Positions 36,434 through 47,569 of a stretch of 64,000 bases of DNA are shown here, one piece after another. The notes under the pieces are model-generated. The model worked only from the letters and a program-made list of their open reading frames with translations, did no database searches and was not told the origin of the DNA. Made by a program: the position numbers and the translations under genes. The stretch is from Nostoc sp. Its GTDB lineage: Bacteria; Cyanobacteriota; Cyanobacteriia; Cyanobacteriales; Nostocaceae. The stretch is taken from contig NZ_JBALDL010000073.1 of assembly GCF_036917465.1 (NCBI RefSeq), positions 42-64,041 on the forward strand, given 5' to 3'. Each line of letters opens with the position of its first letter. The stretch's first letter is position 1.

Positions 36434-37888
36434 TTAATTAGATGGTCGGAATTGAGCTTTGATTCTTTGTGCAATGGAAGTAGCTTCACGGCGAATCCTC
36501 TCAGGGTCAACCGTGAGCATCTTACGTTTTTCCATTAGAACTTGCCCTTTTACAATTACAGTATCAACATCTTGGGAATCTGCTGCATAAACCAGATGCG
36601 AGATGACATCGTAAAGCGGCAATAAGTGTGGTTCTTTAAGTTGGACTTGAATTAAGTCTGCTTGAAGTCCCACCTTAATCGCACCAATTTTATCTGATAA
36701 TCCAAGTGCTTCAGCACCACCAAGTGTTGCCATACGCAAAACTGTCTTAGCCGGTACAGCAGTAGGGTCTAGAGTAGTCCCTTTATGGATGAGGGCGGTG
36801 AGGCGAATTGCCTTCCACATATCAAGAGTGTTGTTCGATGCCGCTCCATCTGTACCTAGACCAATTTTAATTCCTGCTTTCAGCATCGCCGGAATCGGCG
36901 CAAAGCCAGAAGCTAGTTTCAAATTCGAGTCAGGATTGTGAATAACACCAACACCGCGTTTGGCCAACAGGGCAATTTCACTTTCGTCAGGCCAGACAAC
37001 GTGTGCGGCAAATACACGCGGCTCAAGAAAGCCGAGATTTTCTAGATGTTTTACTGGAGTTGCGTTATAGTGTTGCTGGACATCTTTAACTTCAGTTTGT
37101 GTCTCTGCTAGGTGAATCGTCAGTGGGACATCATAATGACGCGCAGCCTGAATAGCTTGGCTGAGATGCTCTGGCGAGACAGTGTAGGGAGCGTGCGGAG
37201 CAAGAGCTGGTATTATACGTTCATTCTTGCCTTTCCAACGTTTCAGAAAATCGATCGATAAGGCAAAGGCATCATCCCATCCTTGGAAGCCAGGGCTGGG
37301 AAAATCTATTGAGGAGGGCGCAATAATGGCGCGTAAGCCACATTCACTAACCACTTTGGCAGCGACATCTGGCTCAAAGTACATATCAACAAACGTTGTT
37401 GTACCACCGCGTATCATCTCCCAGCAAGCAAGTTGTTCGCCAACGCGGACAAAATTTTCATCAACGAACTTCCCTTCTGCTGGAAAGATATAATTCTGAA
37501 GCCAATCCTGTAATCCTAAGTCATCCGCAAGACCGCGAAACAGAACCATTGCTGAGTGAGAGTGACCATTAACAAGACCCGGCATAAGCACCAGACCGTC
37601 GCCTGGAAGCGTCTTGTCGGCTCTGTAAGATGTCATGATGTTGTATTGCGTGTCTACCGCAACAATTTTACCGTCCCGAATGGCGATCGCACCATTTTCA
37701 ATGACAGGTTGTGCTTCGTTCATCGTTACGATGAAATCGCCACCTACAATAAGTTGTACTCTTTGTTTGCCTTGAGTACCTAGATGATAGTTACTCTGAG
37801 CAATAACTATCTGACTGAAAAAGACTAACAAAGTGGTACAGACAAAAAGAACTAACAGCTTATAGTATTTTGTCAGATGATATTTCAC
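36434..37888 (-). CDS. Metal-dependent amidohydrolase (MTA/SAH deaminase-like) with N-terminal signal-peptide-like sequence
   Basis: PGLVNGHSH, APHAPY, IHLAE, AAHVV, HNPDSN, GTDGAASN metal ligands. Hydrophobic N-terminus LLVLFVCTTLLVFFSQIVIA-Q. Confidence 0.88.
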   Translation of the reverse strand: MKYHLTKYYKLLVLFVCTTLLVFFSQIVIAQSNYHLGTQGKQRVQLIVGGDFIVTMNEAQPVIENGAIAIRDGKIVAVDTQYNIMTSYRADKTLPGDGLVLMPGLVNGHSHSAMVLFRGLADDLGLQDWLQNYIFPAEGKFVDENFVRVGEQLACWEMIRGGTTTFVDMYFEPDVAAKVVSECGLRAIIAPSSIDFPSPGFQGWDDAFALSIDFLKRWKGKNERIIPALAPHAPYTVSPEHLSQAIQAARHYDVPLTIHLAETQTEVKDVQQHYNATPVKHLENLGFLEPRVFAAHVVWPDESEIALLAKRGVGVIHNPDSNLKLASGFAPIPAMLKAGIKIGLGTDGAASNNTLDMWKAIRLTALIHKGTTLDPTAVPAKTVLRMATLGGAEALGLSDKIGAIKVGLQADLIQVQLKEPHLLPLYDVISHLVYAADSQDVDTVIVKGQVLMEKRKMLTVDPERIRREATSIAQRIKAQFRPSN

Positions 37889-38201
37889 ACTAAAATATCC
37901 TTGTTGAATTTTTTTGTTACTTTATCATCCGTCTAATTGCTACCAATTTCATAATTAAAAATCAGGGTTTATACCAAATCATCTGTAAGCAATCTTCACA
38001 CATTGGTAGCCTTAAATACATCTAATTTATTACTTTACAAAAAGAAAAAATATTTATTTGTTAACTTTGTTCATAAATAAATCTACTTGCTCTAAAATTT
38101 TTTGGCAAACGGAATAATTTCTATCTTTTGCCGTAAATTAAAGGGAAAAAGACCCCAACCATATACATACGTAGCAGCAGATAAAGGGGAAGTCAAAATT
38201 A

Positions 38202-39014
38202 TCAATTCCCTTTAATAAAGTCCCGAATCTCAAGCGCCACAACCCCAGCACAAGATTCTGGTAAGTCATTTCCGGCATGGGAAATCATTTTCAATTCAAC
38301 TTTTGGCATCAGTTGAGTATAAACCCGGCTCTTGGCTAAAGCATCTGGTGTATCTTGGCCACCTTGTAGAATAAAAACTGGCACATCTATCATGTAAAGC
38401 CGCTTTTGCACTAATTCTGCATCAATTTCTACTTGTCGGCGTTTGAAAAGTAACTGGCAAGCTATGGGGTAACGCAACAATTCCTGACGTAACTGCAAGT
38501 CTTGGGCAATTTTTTCATGCCAACCCAGCATTTTAGTTAAGGGAATTAGCGATCGCAACAATTTAACTATTAGTGGTGGATAATTCAATAATCGCCGCAT
38601 TTTCCGACAATACTCTTCAAGTCCAGCTATCTCTACACCCTCTGGTGAAACCAGCACCAAACCAGCAACTTTCTCTGGATAATTTAAAGCATAGCTAGCA
38701 GCAATCCAACCCCCAAGAGAATGCCCTACTAAATATACTTTTTCTAGCTTTACAGCTTGCAAAAATTCTGCCAAACACTCCACTTGTAAATCTATCGAAT
38801 GATGGATATTTGGATTCTCCGACTCACCAAATCCTAACAAATCAAGTGCGAAGCAATGAAAATCTTGTGCAAGGGACTCCATAACAGACAACCATTGACT
38901 GCTCTCATTCCAAGCACCATGTAGAAAAATTATAGGAGTTTTTTCACCGACTTCACGCCAGAATATTAGCCCTTGAGAGAGCTTTATCCGGGAGTTACGG
39001 AATAGTGTATTCAT
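38202..39014 (-). CDS. Alpha/beta hydrolase
   Basis: IFLHG, DLLGFGES, GHSLGG nucleophile elbow. Confidence 0.9.
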   Translation of the reverse strand: MNTLFRNSRIKLSQGLIFWREVGEKTPIIFLHGAWNESSQWLSVMESLAQDFHCFALDLLGFGESENPNIHHSIDLQVECLAEFLQAVKLEKVYLVGHSLGGWIAASYALNYPEKVAGLVLVSPEGVEIAGLEEYCRKMRRLLNYPPLIVKLLRSLIPLTKMLGWHEKIAQDLQLRQELLRYPIACQLLFKRRQVEIDAELVQKRLYMIDVPVFILQGGQDTPDALAKSRVYTQLMPKVELKMISHAGNDLPESCAGVVALEIRDFIKGN

Positions 39015-39024
39015 TTTACTTTAG

Positions 39025-39201
39025 ATTAGTCATTGGTCATTGGTTATTGGTCATTAGTCATTAGTTTTGGACAAATTATAAACAGAGAAGTCTGAGCCAT
39101 TCGCGTAACATCTCGTTGGTGCAGCCTCTCGTAGAGAAGAGAGGCTTCCTTAGATCGGAACTTTGGCGGCAAATGACAAATGACAAATGACAAATGACAA
39201 A
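39025..39201. repeat. Two oppositely oriented STRR2 tracts (39025-39066 and 39169-39201)
   Basis: (TTGGTCA)n and (CAAATGA)n. Confidence 0.75.
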
Positions 39202-39207
39202 ATATTA

Positions 39208-39702
39208 TTATGCCAATGTTGTCAAGCCATTCAAGTAGTCTTGCAACTGCCGAGTATGGTCATGAGACATCTGTCCTGAAGGTAACAAATTGGGACAGAA
39301 AGCTTGGATTTCCATGACTTCTAAAGTATCCTGAATTTCCATTGTCCCATCTACGTCGGCTTCAACCACAATACAAATTGAGTGGATTCTAGGATCGCGG
39401 TCTGGTGCGGAGTAAACTCCTACCAAACGGTTAATTTTCAGCAATTCTAGCCCGGTTTCCTCCACCAATTCCCGGCGGACTGTGTTGGGAATATCTTCTC
39501 CCCAATCCACTATGCCTCCAGGCAATGCCCAAAGACCATCATCACGCCGTCGGATCAGTACTATTCGACCATCGGGTAAAATTGGGATGATACTAGTGCC
39601 AGTAATGGGATGACGAAATATAATACCCAATACTGTTTGTCCAATACGCCATAAGCTACGTGTGGACTGGACAGCTGCCGGAAAAAAAGCAATAACGTTC
39701 AA
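39208..39702 (-). CDS. NUDIX hydrolase
   Basis: Nudix box GGIVDWGEDIPNTVRRELVEETG; YSAPDRDPR. Start uncertain. Confidence 0.9.
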   Translation of the reverse strand: MNVIAFFPAAVQSTRSLWRIGQTVLGIIFRHPITGTSIIPILPDGRIVLIRRRDDGLWALPGGIVDWGEDIPNTVRRELVEETGLELLKINRLVGVYSAPDRDPRIHSICIVVEADVDGTMEIQDTLEVMEIQAFCPNLLPSGQMSHDHTRQLQDYLNGLTTLA

Positions 39703-40127
39703 TCTTCAAAATTTATATGTTGTATTCTATATTTCTCTACCACTTACATTAACTCAACTCATAAAATTTTTGTTGAGTTTTGTTTTATACAAAAATGTTT
39801 GTGGTTTGAGATTTTATTCTGACGATTTACGTAGAATATTATTAATCTTAACATCAAGTTTCAACAGAAGCACTGTATTCATATATACATGATATTTGTT
39901 AAGTCAAAAAACTTTTCAGTTTATAAATAACATTAGCCTTGCTCAAACCAGCTATCATTAATATTTTTTCAGGAAACTTTCAAAAATTTAACCTGAATAA
40001 GTTAAGTCTAAATTCTGAATTCTGAAGAGGTAATTAAGCGGCATTTGAGATTGCCAACAAATTCTTGATAATTAAGCTTAATATACAAAAATCCTTGGCA
40101 AAAACCGCGATCGCACAAACAAACCCT

Positions 40128-40733
40128 ATGAAAAATCTAGCTCTAATATCTGCCATAGCCCTTACTACCACATCTGGATTGGTTTTTGGTACAATGGAAG
40201 CCGCCTCCGCCTTAACTTGGAATTGGAATTATTCTGCTACTGGTATAGAGGCGATTGGTACTTTTACCACTGATAATACCCCTGACGATTTGGGTTTTTA
40301 TCAGATTTTGGGAATTACTGGTACACGAAATGGTGAAACAATTACTAGTCTGCAAGCTGTAGGGACTCCAATACCAGGAAACGAACCTTTTGATGTTGAC
40401 AATTTAATTAGTCTGAATACTCAGCAGTTAACAGGTGATGGTTTTGGTTATTCTACATCGGGGGGAAACTATTCCAGTCCCTTTTTCGCTAGTTTCTTGT
40501 CAATACCAAGTTATTTAGAGGTTTTTTCCGCGCCACCACTGACACCAGGTTCTGAAAATTTTGGCACGGAAGATAGTGAGTTACCGATTAGTTTTTCTGC
40601 AACCATAATCACTGTCCCTGAACCCACATCTATCCTTAGCTTACTTGCCCTCGCCACTCTGGGTGTCCCTTCAGCACTCAAATGTAATAAGCAATCCAAG
40701 TTAACTGAGAAGAAGCTTGAAAAAGTTTCCTAA
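40128..40733 (+). CDS. PEP-CTERM exported protein
   Basis: Signal peptide (MKNLALISAIAL...ASA-LTW) and C-terminal VPEPTSILSLLALATLGV followed by basic residues. Likely start 40128. Confidence 0.88.
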   Translation: MKNLALISAIALTTTSGLVFGTMEAASALTWNWNYSATGIEAIGTFTTDNTPDDLGFYQILGITGTRNGETITSLQAVGTPIPGNEPFDVDNLISLNTQQLTGDGFGYSTSGGNYSSPFFASFLSIPSYLEVFSAPPLTPGSENFGTEDSELPISFSATIITVPEPTSILSLLALATLGVPSALKCNKQSKLTEKKLEKVS

Positions 40734-40966
40734 AACCATCAATTCTTTGATGTATTTGAATCTCAGAAAAGGTACTTTTCATCTAGCCAGTGGGGACTAT
40801 TTAAAATTTTTATTGACAAAGTAAGGTAAAATGCGGTAGACTAGTACACTGTTTAAAGTGTATTGATTGCTGCACTAGGCTACAAGTATATCAATAATAT
40901 TGGTAGCTAATATTGCCTACGTGATGCCTAGTTGCTACTCTTTTGTTGTTTATTAATGAGGTGAAC

Positions 40967-41134
40967 ATGGCCAAGCGCCGTAACCCGAAAAAAGAAAAGG
41001 CGCTACGGAACCAGGCGTATGCCAGAAAGTTTCGTAAACGAACTACGACAGGAAGAATGCAGAGAAGGTTCCAACAAAGACCACCGAAGAGTGAAGAAGA
41101 AGAAGGCGCAGCAACAGCAGCAGACACTGACTAA
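40967..41134 (+). CDS. 55-aa highly basic small protein with acidic tail
   Basis: GAGGTG SD, then MAKRRNPKKEKALRNQAYARKFRKRTTTGR...SEEEEGAATAADTD; followed by a hairpin at 41177-41200. Confidence 0.8.
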   Translation: MAKRRNPKKEKALRNQAYARKFRKRTTTGRMQRRFQQRPPKSEEEEGAATAADTD

Positions 41135-41207
41135 GCTGACTGCTTAAATCCTTTTTATTTAGATTATTTATCTTTTAGGGCGTACAAATGTACGCCTTTA
41201 TTTATTT

Positions 41208-41261
41208 TTGGGCATTGGGCATTGGGCATTGGGCATTGGGCATTGGGCATTGGGCATTGGG
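41208..41261. repeat. STRR heptamer (TGGGCAT)n
   Basis: About 7 perfect units between convergent genes. Confidence 0.85.
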
Positions 41262-41304
41262 TTATTCTCGCTCATCCTCCCCATGCCCCTAATCCCCACT
41301 CCCT

Positions 41305-42690
41305 CTATCGATCGATTTGAGCGCGGGCGGCGATGAGTGCTTTACTAACCTGTAAAAAGCCAGTACCACCGTGACTGTTGCGGGCTGCAACAACTTGACG
41401 TGGGGATATTGCCTCGTAAATATCTGCTGCAAATGCCGGATGTAGTTGTTGCCATTCTTCTAATTTCAAATCTTTCAGGAGTTTACCTGCGGCAATACTA
41501 GTCTTTACTACCTTACCCACAAGGTTGTAGGCTTCCCGGAAAGGAACACCCCGCGCTGCAAGATAATCTGCTACATCGGTAGCGTTGGAAAAATCTTCGG
41601 TTACGGCTTCTGCTAAACGCTGGGTACGAAATTCTAAACCTTCGTTGAGCAAAATCGTCATTGCTTCTAGAGAGGCTTTGACTGTCTTAACGCTATCAAA
41701 TAGACCTTCTTTGTCTTCTTGCAGGTCTTTGTTATATGCCAAGGGTAGACCCTTCATAATTACTAGCATTGCCTGGAGATGACCAAATACACGTCCCGTT
41801 TTACCTCGCACGAGTTCTGGTACATCCGGGTTCTTCTTTTGGGGCATGATACTGGAACCTGTGGCACAGCTATCTTTAAGGGTGACAAAGCGGAATTCTT
41901 CAGATGACCAAAGAATGATTTCTTCTGCAAGGCGGCTGAGGTGAACCATAATCAAGCTAGCAGCACACAAGAATTCGATCGCAAAATCGCGATCGCTCAC
42001 TCCATCGAGGCTGTTAGCATAAATATCGTCAAAATCCAATAGTTTGGCTGTGTAGTGGCGATCGATGGGAAAAGTCGTTCCTGCCAAAGCACCGCACCCC
42101 AAAGGTGAGATATTGACGCGGCGAGAAACATCTCCTAAGCGTTCCCAGTCACGTTGCGCCATTTGGAAGTATGCCAAGAGATGGTGAGCTAAACTCACTG
42201 GTTGGGCGCGTTGTAGGTGTGTATAGCCAGGAATTAGGGTTTCAACGTGTTTTTCGGCTATATCCAGTAAAACTCCTTGGAATTCTCGCAATTCACTTTT
42301 GATTTGCTGGATTTGGTCACGGAGGTAGAGTCTAGTATCAGTACCAACTTGGTCATTACGCGATCGCGCCGTATGCAGTTTTTTACCCACATCGCCGACA
42401 ATTTCTGTCAGTCGTTTTTCAACTGCAAAATGCACATCTTCAGCATCGATACCAGGCTGAAATTTCCCCTGGTGGTACTCTTGGCGAATTTGTTCTAAAC
42501 CTGTAACCAGTTGCTCACCTTCCTCTGAGGAGATAATGCCGGTGTGAGCTAGCATTTTGGCATGAGCTTGAGAACCAGTCAGATCGTATTCTATTAATTC
42601 AATATCAAAACCTATACTGGCATTAAAACGAGCGATCGCTGGATGCAATGCCGATTCAAACCTCTGGCTCCAAGTTTGTTCTTTGGTCAT
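41305..42690 (-). CDS. argH: Argininosuccinate lyase
   Basis: [38 protein letters not shown]. Likely start MTKEQTW at 42690. Confidence 0.97.
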   Translation of the reverse strand: MTKEQTWSQRFESALHPAIARFNASIGFDIELIEYDLTGSQAHAKMLAHTGIISSEEGEQLVTGLEQIRQEYHQGKFQPGIDAEDVHFAVEKRLTEIVGDVGKKLHTARSRNDQVGTDTRLYLRDQIQQIKSELREFQGVLLDIAEKHVETLIPGYTHLQRAQPVSLAHHLLAYFQMAQRDWERLGDVSRRVNISPLGCGALAGTTFPIDRHYTAKLLDFDDIYANSLDGVSDRDFAIEFLCAASLIMVHLSRLAEEIILWSSEEFRFVTLKDSCATGSSIMPQKKNPDVPELVRGKTGRVFGHLQAMLVIMKGLPLAYNKDLQEDKEGLFDSVKTVKASLEAMTILLNEGLEFRTQRLAEAVTEDFSNATDVADYLAARGVPFREAYNLVGKVVKTSIAAGKLLKDLKLEEWQQLHPAFAADIYEAISPRQVVAARNSHGGTGFLQVSKALIAARAQIDR

Positions 42691-42765
42691 AAATATCAAG
42701 GGAGTGGGCATTAATTTTGGATTTTAGATTAATCATCAATCTAAAATCCAAAATCTAAAATTACT

Positions 42766-42918
42766 TTAACCGTAGCTAGTTAAATTCCGAATCATATAGC
42801 CAATGATTACACCAATCAACAATGCCCACACTTGACCTGTCTGTATAAAATGGCTCCAAGCTTTTTGCATCTGACCCATGACGTTTGGATCGGTAATTGT
42901 TTGTGCTAATGCCGTCAT
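42766..42918 (-). CDS. Small single-TM protein
   Basis: MTALAQTITDPNVMGQMQKAWSHFIQTGQVWALLIGVIIGYMIRNLTSYG; start could be upstream (track 42972). Confidence 0.65.
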   Translation of the reverse strand: MTALAQTITDPNVMGQMQKAWSHFIQTGQVWALLIGVIIGYMIRNLTSYG

Positions 42919-43078
42919 ATTTACAGGCAAGTGCCAATATAACTGAGATATAAAATCGCTGTAATGGGTCATATTTGGTGATTAAGAGGTTGGGGTGGCA
43001 AATTTCAGGATCGGTTTATTTTTCAGAAAAATTACTGATAATGTCCTGAAATCTTGGGTATAACTTTAATGTCTTAAC

Positions 43079-43867
43079 TCAAGATCCAGCCGATGCCAAC
43101 CGCAATTTCTCGGCAGTTCGCAAAATTTGCCCCGCCAACACTGCGGCACCAAAACCATTATCGATATTTACTACGCCTACTCCCGCAGCACAAGAGTTGA
43201 GCATTGTCAATAAAGGGGCTAAACCACCAAAACTTGCGCCATAACCGATGCTGGTGGGTACGGCAATTACAGGACAACTCGCTAAACCCGCAACAACGCT
43301 GGGTAAAGCGCCTTCCATCCCCGCTACGACAATTAACACCGATGCGGACTCTATCAGGTGGCGGTTACTCAGTAAACGGTGAATCCCCGCAACACCAACA
43401 TCCCAGAGGCGTTGTACCCGAAAAGCAGAAAGTTCAGCAGTGACAGCCGCTTCTTCAGCAACGGCTAAATCGGCAGTACCAGCAGAAAGAATGGCAATTT
43501 CACCCTGAAATTGTGGTTCGATGGTAGGGGGAGCGATCGCACAAATTCGCGCCGATTCGTAATATCGCAAACCGCTAACTTTTAATTCCAGTGCGGTATA
43601 AACTGCTGGTTCAATGCGAGTCGCCATTACCACCGGATTGCGGAGGCGCATCACCTCCATAATTTGAGCAATTTGTTCGGGAGTTTTACCAGGCCCCCAA
43701 ATCACCTCTGGGAAACCAGTTCTTAGCTGGCGATGATGGTCAATTTTGGCAAACTCACCCACAGACTCATAAGTTAAGTCTTTGAGTGAGTCTAATGCCG
43801 TATCTGGCGTAACTTTACCATTGGCAACCGCAACGAGTAGCGATCGCAAAGTTTTTTCATCGGTCAT
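43079..43867 (-). CDS. larB: LarB/CpmA family (PurE-like) protein
   Basis: AKIDHHRQLRTGFPEVIWGPGKT, SAGTAD, DVGVAGIHRL, AGMEGALPS, VPTSIGYG, VVNIDNGFGA. Likely start MTDEK. Confidence 0.92.
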   Translation of the reverse strand: MTDEKTLRSLLVAVANGKVTPDTALDSLKDLTYESVGEFAKIDHHRQLRTGFPEVIWGPGKTPEQIAQIMEVMRLRNPVVMATRIEPAVYTALELKVSGLRYYESARICAIAPPTIEPQFQGEIAILSAGTADLAVAEEAAVTAELSAFRVQRLWDVGVAGIHRLLSNRHLIESASVLIVVAGMEGALPSVVAGLASCPVIAVPTSIGYGASFGGLAPLLTMLNSCAAGVGVVNIDNGFGAAVLAGQILRTAEKLRLASAGS

Positions 43868-43951
43868 TGGTTTTTGTCCTTTGTCATTTGTCTTTCTTCC
43901 TGTGTAAATAACCAATGCCCTATGCCCTATGCCCCATGCCCCGCCCCATGC

Positions 43952-45733
43952 CTAATCCGTTACTTTGATTTGTTCAATATTCCAGAATGCACCACCGAGG
44001 GCAGAGAATTTGATGCCTTCAAAACGATTACGCACGGCTGACATTGCATAAGGATTAACCAGGAAAATAAAAGGTAAATTTTCTTGAGTAATTCTCTGTG
44101 TTTCGGCATAAATTGCTTTAACTTTAGCTTCGTCTAATTCTCGCGCAGCTTGAATATAAAGATTTCCAATTTTCGCTTCCCAAGGAGCAACCTCCCAACC
44201 CTGAATCGGCTTTTGTCCTGCTTGTGGTTTCTGATTAAACATGTGTAATCCACCTTCAGGTGCCCATACATTAGCACCATCATTCGGTTCTAATCCGCCA
44301 GTAAGACCCATCAAAGATCCTTCCCAATCTAAGGAGTTAGAAACTTTATCAGTAAAAGTATTCCATGCCAATGGGGTGAAATCAACTTGAATGCCGATTT
44401 TGCTCAAGTCTTGTTTAATCTGCGATCCCATTGCCTCACGGATTTTATTTCCAGCATTGGTAAGCAAAGAGAAACGGACACGATTTCCCTGAGCATCTAC
44501 TAACTGATTGTTGTTGTAGTTAAATCCTGCTTTTAGTAGTAATTCCTTCGCTTTTTGCTGATTATAATCGTAAACTTTTAACCCTTCTTTAGGGGAAAGG
44601 TAATAAGGGCTTTGCACGGAAATGGGTGAATCTTGTGCTACACCTAAGCCGCGAAAAGTGTTATTAATCATTGTTTGGCGGTCAATTCCATAAGCTACAG
44701 CCTGCCGAAATTGCACGTTATTGAACCACCGAGACTTAACCGGATCGACTAGTGGTTTTCCATCCCTTTTACCTTTGTTGAGATTGAACCAAACAAATGA
44801 TGTAGCGGATGTTGGCCCACCATTATAAATGGTGAAATTACTCTGCTTTTCTTGCACCTTGAGCAAAGAAAAGTAATCTGGCGATACTGCCACAGTATCT
44901 AATCCACCAGAACGAAATTGCAGCAAGGAAGTATCTGTAGATTCTACAATTTGCCAAATTACCCGTTCAATATAAGGTTGGGAATTGCCTTGAGCATCCT
45001 TACGCCAGTAGTAAGGGTTGCGCCGGAAGGATACACGCTGACTCGTGTCGTAGCGCTCTATTTTGTAAGGGCCGTTGACAATAATTTGGTCGGGAGGAGT
45101 ATCAACGCCCCATTGTGTCAGAAAAATCGGCTTCCCATCTTGGTCTTTCGTTTTTACCGATTTTTGCAACACATGAGCGGGCAAAATTGGATAACTTGTA
45201 CTCAGCAGGAAAGGTCTAAAAGGTTCTGGTACGCTAAACTCAACTCGACGTTCATCCACTTTTTGCACAGTGGGTAGCTTCCGACTTTCACCAACCCTCA
45301 AGCCGTCTCTCACATCTGTAGGAATGGCTTCGTTAAAGTAGATATCGTTGTAGGTAAACACCACATCATCTACTGTTAGCGGCTGACCATCAGACCATTT
45401 CAACCCTTGGCGTAGGGTAAAAACAATCTTTAATTTATCATCGGAAATTTGCCAGGATTCCGCTAAGGCTGGCTCAACTTTAGCAGTTATCGGGTTTTGG
45501 GTAATTAGCCCCTCGTAAATTAGAGGAAAAACATTTGGAGACTCTTGACTAAGAGGATAATTAAAAGTTTTGGGATCGCTGAGAATGGCGTTTACCAATT
45601 GCGGCACTTTAGCGGATGCACTTTTGAAGTTAGTGGGGTTACATGCAGTAAGTGTAAGTGCTGTTGCTGAAATCAAAATTATTGGCAACCAAAAACGTTT
45701 AATTTCCAGAAATATTTTTCTAAAAATTTTCAT
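43952..45733 (-). CDS. ABC transporter substrate-binding lipoprotein (peptide/nickel family 5)
   Basis: Lipobox LTAC, DPKTFN, PALAESW, WSDGQPLTVDDVVFT, NGPY, FRQAVAYGIDR. Confidence 0.92.
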   Translation of the reverse strand: MKIFRKIFLEIKRFWLPIILISATALTLTACNPTNFKSASAKVPQLVNAILSDPKTFNYPLSQESPNVFPLIYEGLITQNPITAKVEPALAESWQISDDKLKIVFTLRQGLKWSDGQPLTVDDVVFTYNDIYFNEAIPTDVRDGLRVGESRKLPTVQKVDERRVEFSVPEPFRPFLLSTSYPILPAHVLQKSVKTKDQDGKPIFLTQWGVDTPPDQIIVNGPYKIERYDTSQRVSFRRNPYYWRKDAQGNSQPYIERVIWQIVESTDTSLLQFRSGGLDTVAVSPDYFSLLKVQEKQSNFTIYNGGPTSATSFVWFNLNKGKRDGKPLVDPVKSRWFNNVQFRQAVAYGIDRQTMINNTFRGLGVAQDSPISVQSPYYLSPKEGLKVYDYNQQKAKELLLKAGFNYNNNQLVDAQGNRVRFSLLTNAGNKIREAMGSQIKQDLSKIGIQVDFTPLAWNTFTDKVSNSLDWEGSLMGLTGGLEPNDGANVWAPEGGLHMFNQKPQAGQKPIQGWEVAPWEAKIGNLYIQAARELDEAKVKAIYAETQRITQENLPFIFLVNPYAMSAVRNRFEGIKFSALGGAFWNIEQIKVTD

Positions 45734-45796
45734 AATTTCAAATTTATTTCCATTCTAATCAGTCTTGAATATCTTTATCAAAGGCTAAAACCAAAG

Positions 45797-46282
45797 TCAT
45801 TCTGAAGCAACCAGCAAGACAACAGCATAAGCACATATCCCTTCTTCACGTCCAACGGGGCCTAATTTTTCGTTGGTAGTAGCTTTGATGCCAATTTGAT
45901 TTGGTTCTAATTCTAAAACTGCGGCTAGTTTGTCGCGCATGTTGTTAATATGCGGCTTTAATTTGGGACGTTCTGCTACTACCACCGAGTCAATATTTCC
46001 TATCTCCCAACCTTGATCCCGAATTAGTTGATGTACTTGAGTTAATAGTACTAAACTATCTGCCCCCGCCCATTTAGCATCGCTAGGCGGAAAATAATGA
46101 CCAATATCCCCCAAAGATAATGCCCCAAGCATGGCATCCATAATCGCGTGCGTTAATACATCAGCGTCACTATGTCCCAATAAACCCAGTTCATGGGGAA
46201 TTTCAATTCCACCTAAAATCAAAGCGCGATCGCTCACCAGTTGATGAATATCGTAGCCGTTACCAATACGAATTTTTGTCAT
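45797..46282 (-). CDS. ispF: 2-C-methyl-D-erythritol 2,4-cyclodiphosphate synthase
   Basis: [41 protein letters not shown]. Confidence 0.97.
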   Translation of the reverse strand: MTKIRIGNGYDIHQLVSDRALILGGIEIPHELGLLGHSDADVLTHAIMDAMLGALSLGDIGHYFPPSDAKWAGADSLVLLTQVHQLIRDQGWEIGNIDSVVVAERPKLKPHINNMRDKLAAVLELEPNQIGIKATTNEKLGPVGREEGICAYAVVLLVASE

Positions 46283-46327
46283 TTGTCATTTGTCATTTGT
46301 CATTTGTCAGGAGTTAGAAATGATTAT

Positions 46328-47032
46328 TCATTCCCCTGCTCCCCCTGCCCCCTGCTCCCATTCGTCTAGGAGATCGGGGCGGCGATCGCGGGTTTTTTGA
46401 ATTTGTTGCTCGTAACGCCACTTGGCGATCGCGGCATGATTGCCACTGAGCAAAACATCAGGCACTTTCAAACCGCGAAAATTGGCAGGACGAGTATATT
46501 GGGGATAATCCAATAACCCTTCCTCAAAACTTTCTGCGGTGAGAGACTCTGTTTTGGCAACGGTTCCTGGTATTAGTCGGACTACACCATTAATCAAAGC
46601 CATTGCTGGAATTTCCCCACCAGTCAGAATAAAATCGCCTAAAGATACTTCCCTAGTTACCAAATGCAGCACCCTCTCATCCACTCCTTCGTAATGTCCG
46701 CAAATAACTACTAACTGGTCATAATTTGTCACCAATTCTTTCAAAAGAGGTTGATTAATTGTTTGCCCCTGTGGACTCATCAAAATTATTTCTCTTCGGG
46801 GCAGAATCGGCAGCGACTCCACAGCATTAAAAATCGGCTCTGGCTTCATTAACATCCCAACGCCGCCGCCGTAGGGTTCATCATCGACCTTCCGGTGCTT
46901 GTCAGTGGTAAAGTCCCGTGGATTAACCAGATGCACTTCGGCAATCTGTTTAGCTAAAGCTTTACCCAGTAATCCCGAATTGAGAACAGAGTTAAAACAG
47001 TCAGGAAAAAGTGTAACTATATCAAAGCGCAC
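46328..47032 (-). CDS. trmD: tRNA (guanine37-N1) methyltransferase
   Basis: VDDEPYGGGVGM, CGHYEGVDER, SLGDFILTGGE, ESF, YPQYTRP, LLSGNH. Confidence 0.97.
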   Translation of the reverse strand: MRFDIVTLFPDCFNSVLNSGLLGKALAKQIAEVHLVNPRDFTTDKHRKVDDEPYGGGVGMLMKPEPIFNAVESLPILPRREIILMSPQGQTINQPLLKELVTNYDQLVVICGHYEGVDERVLHLVTREVSLGDFILTGGEIPAMALINGVVRLIPGTVAKTESLTAESFEEGLLDYPQYTRPANFRGLKVPDVLLSGNHAAIAKWRYEQQIQKTRDRRPDLLDEWEQGAGGAGE

Positions 47033-47204
47033 AGTTATTCGTATTCAAGGACACTAATCTTAAATTTGGATGTTTAGCAAACATCGCCAAGCCAAGGTCG
47101 AGTCAAACTCCAGTTAAACTTTATCAATAGTATCTAAAACTACCAGACCTCTTGGATTTTAGATGGGATCAAAAGTTTTTCTAATTACTTAATTTATGTT
47201 TAAA

Positions 47205-47220
47205 TGTTGTCACAAGTACA
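47205..47220. promoter_or_regulatory. Possible NtcA site upstream of cphB
   Basis: TGTTGTCACAAGTACA has one mismatch to TGTA-N8-TACA. Cyanophycin genes are nitrogen-regulated in Anabaena, but no clear -10 box at the canonical spacing. Confidence 0.3.
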
Positions 47221-47569
47221 TTTAAATTAATAATCATATCAAGTTAACAACTTCCAGGATGCATCGAGCCAGCCTCAGAAACAAGCGTAGTCTTAACTGC
47301 TCGCCCCCAGCCCCAGAAGGGGAATCTAGCCCCAAAAAGACTATTTTGCCCTGCTGCAAGTGGACAGGTGAAAAACAAGTACCTGGCTTTGAGGAATGGG
47401 AACAAACACGTTTAAACTGAGGCAACGTGAGCGTTAAGCGAGAATTTCGAGAGTGGCTGCCCAGTTTCAAAACTTCCAAAAAGTGTCCTCTCGAAGAAGT
47501 AAAACGCAAAAATCACCAGGCTTCTAAACCTTGTTAAATTCACCTGAAGTTGTTGACAGGAGAAACAAA

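Noticed and set aside
47234-47509. 91-aa ORF upstream of cphB
   Set aside because: No recognisable motif or SD; it lies in the cphB leader/promoter region.
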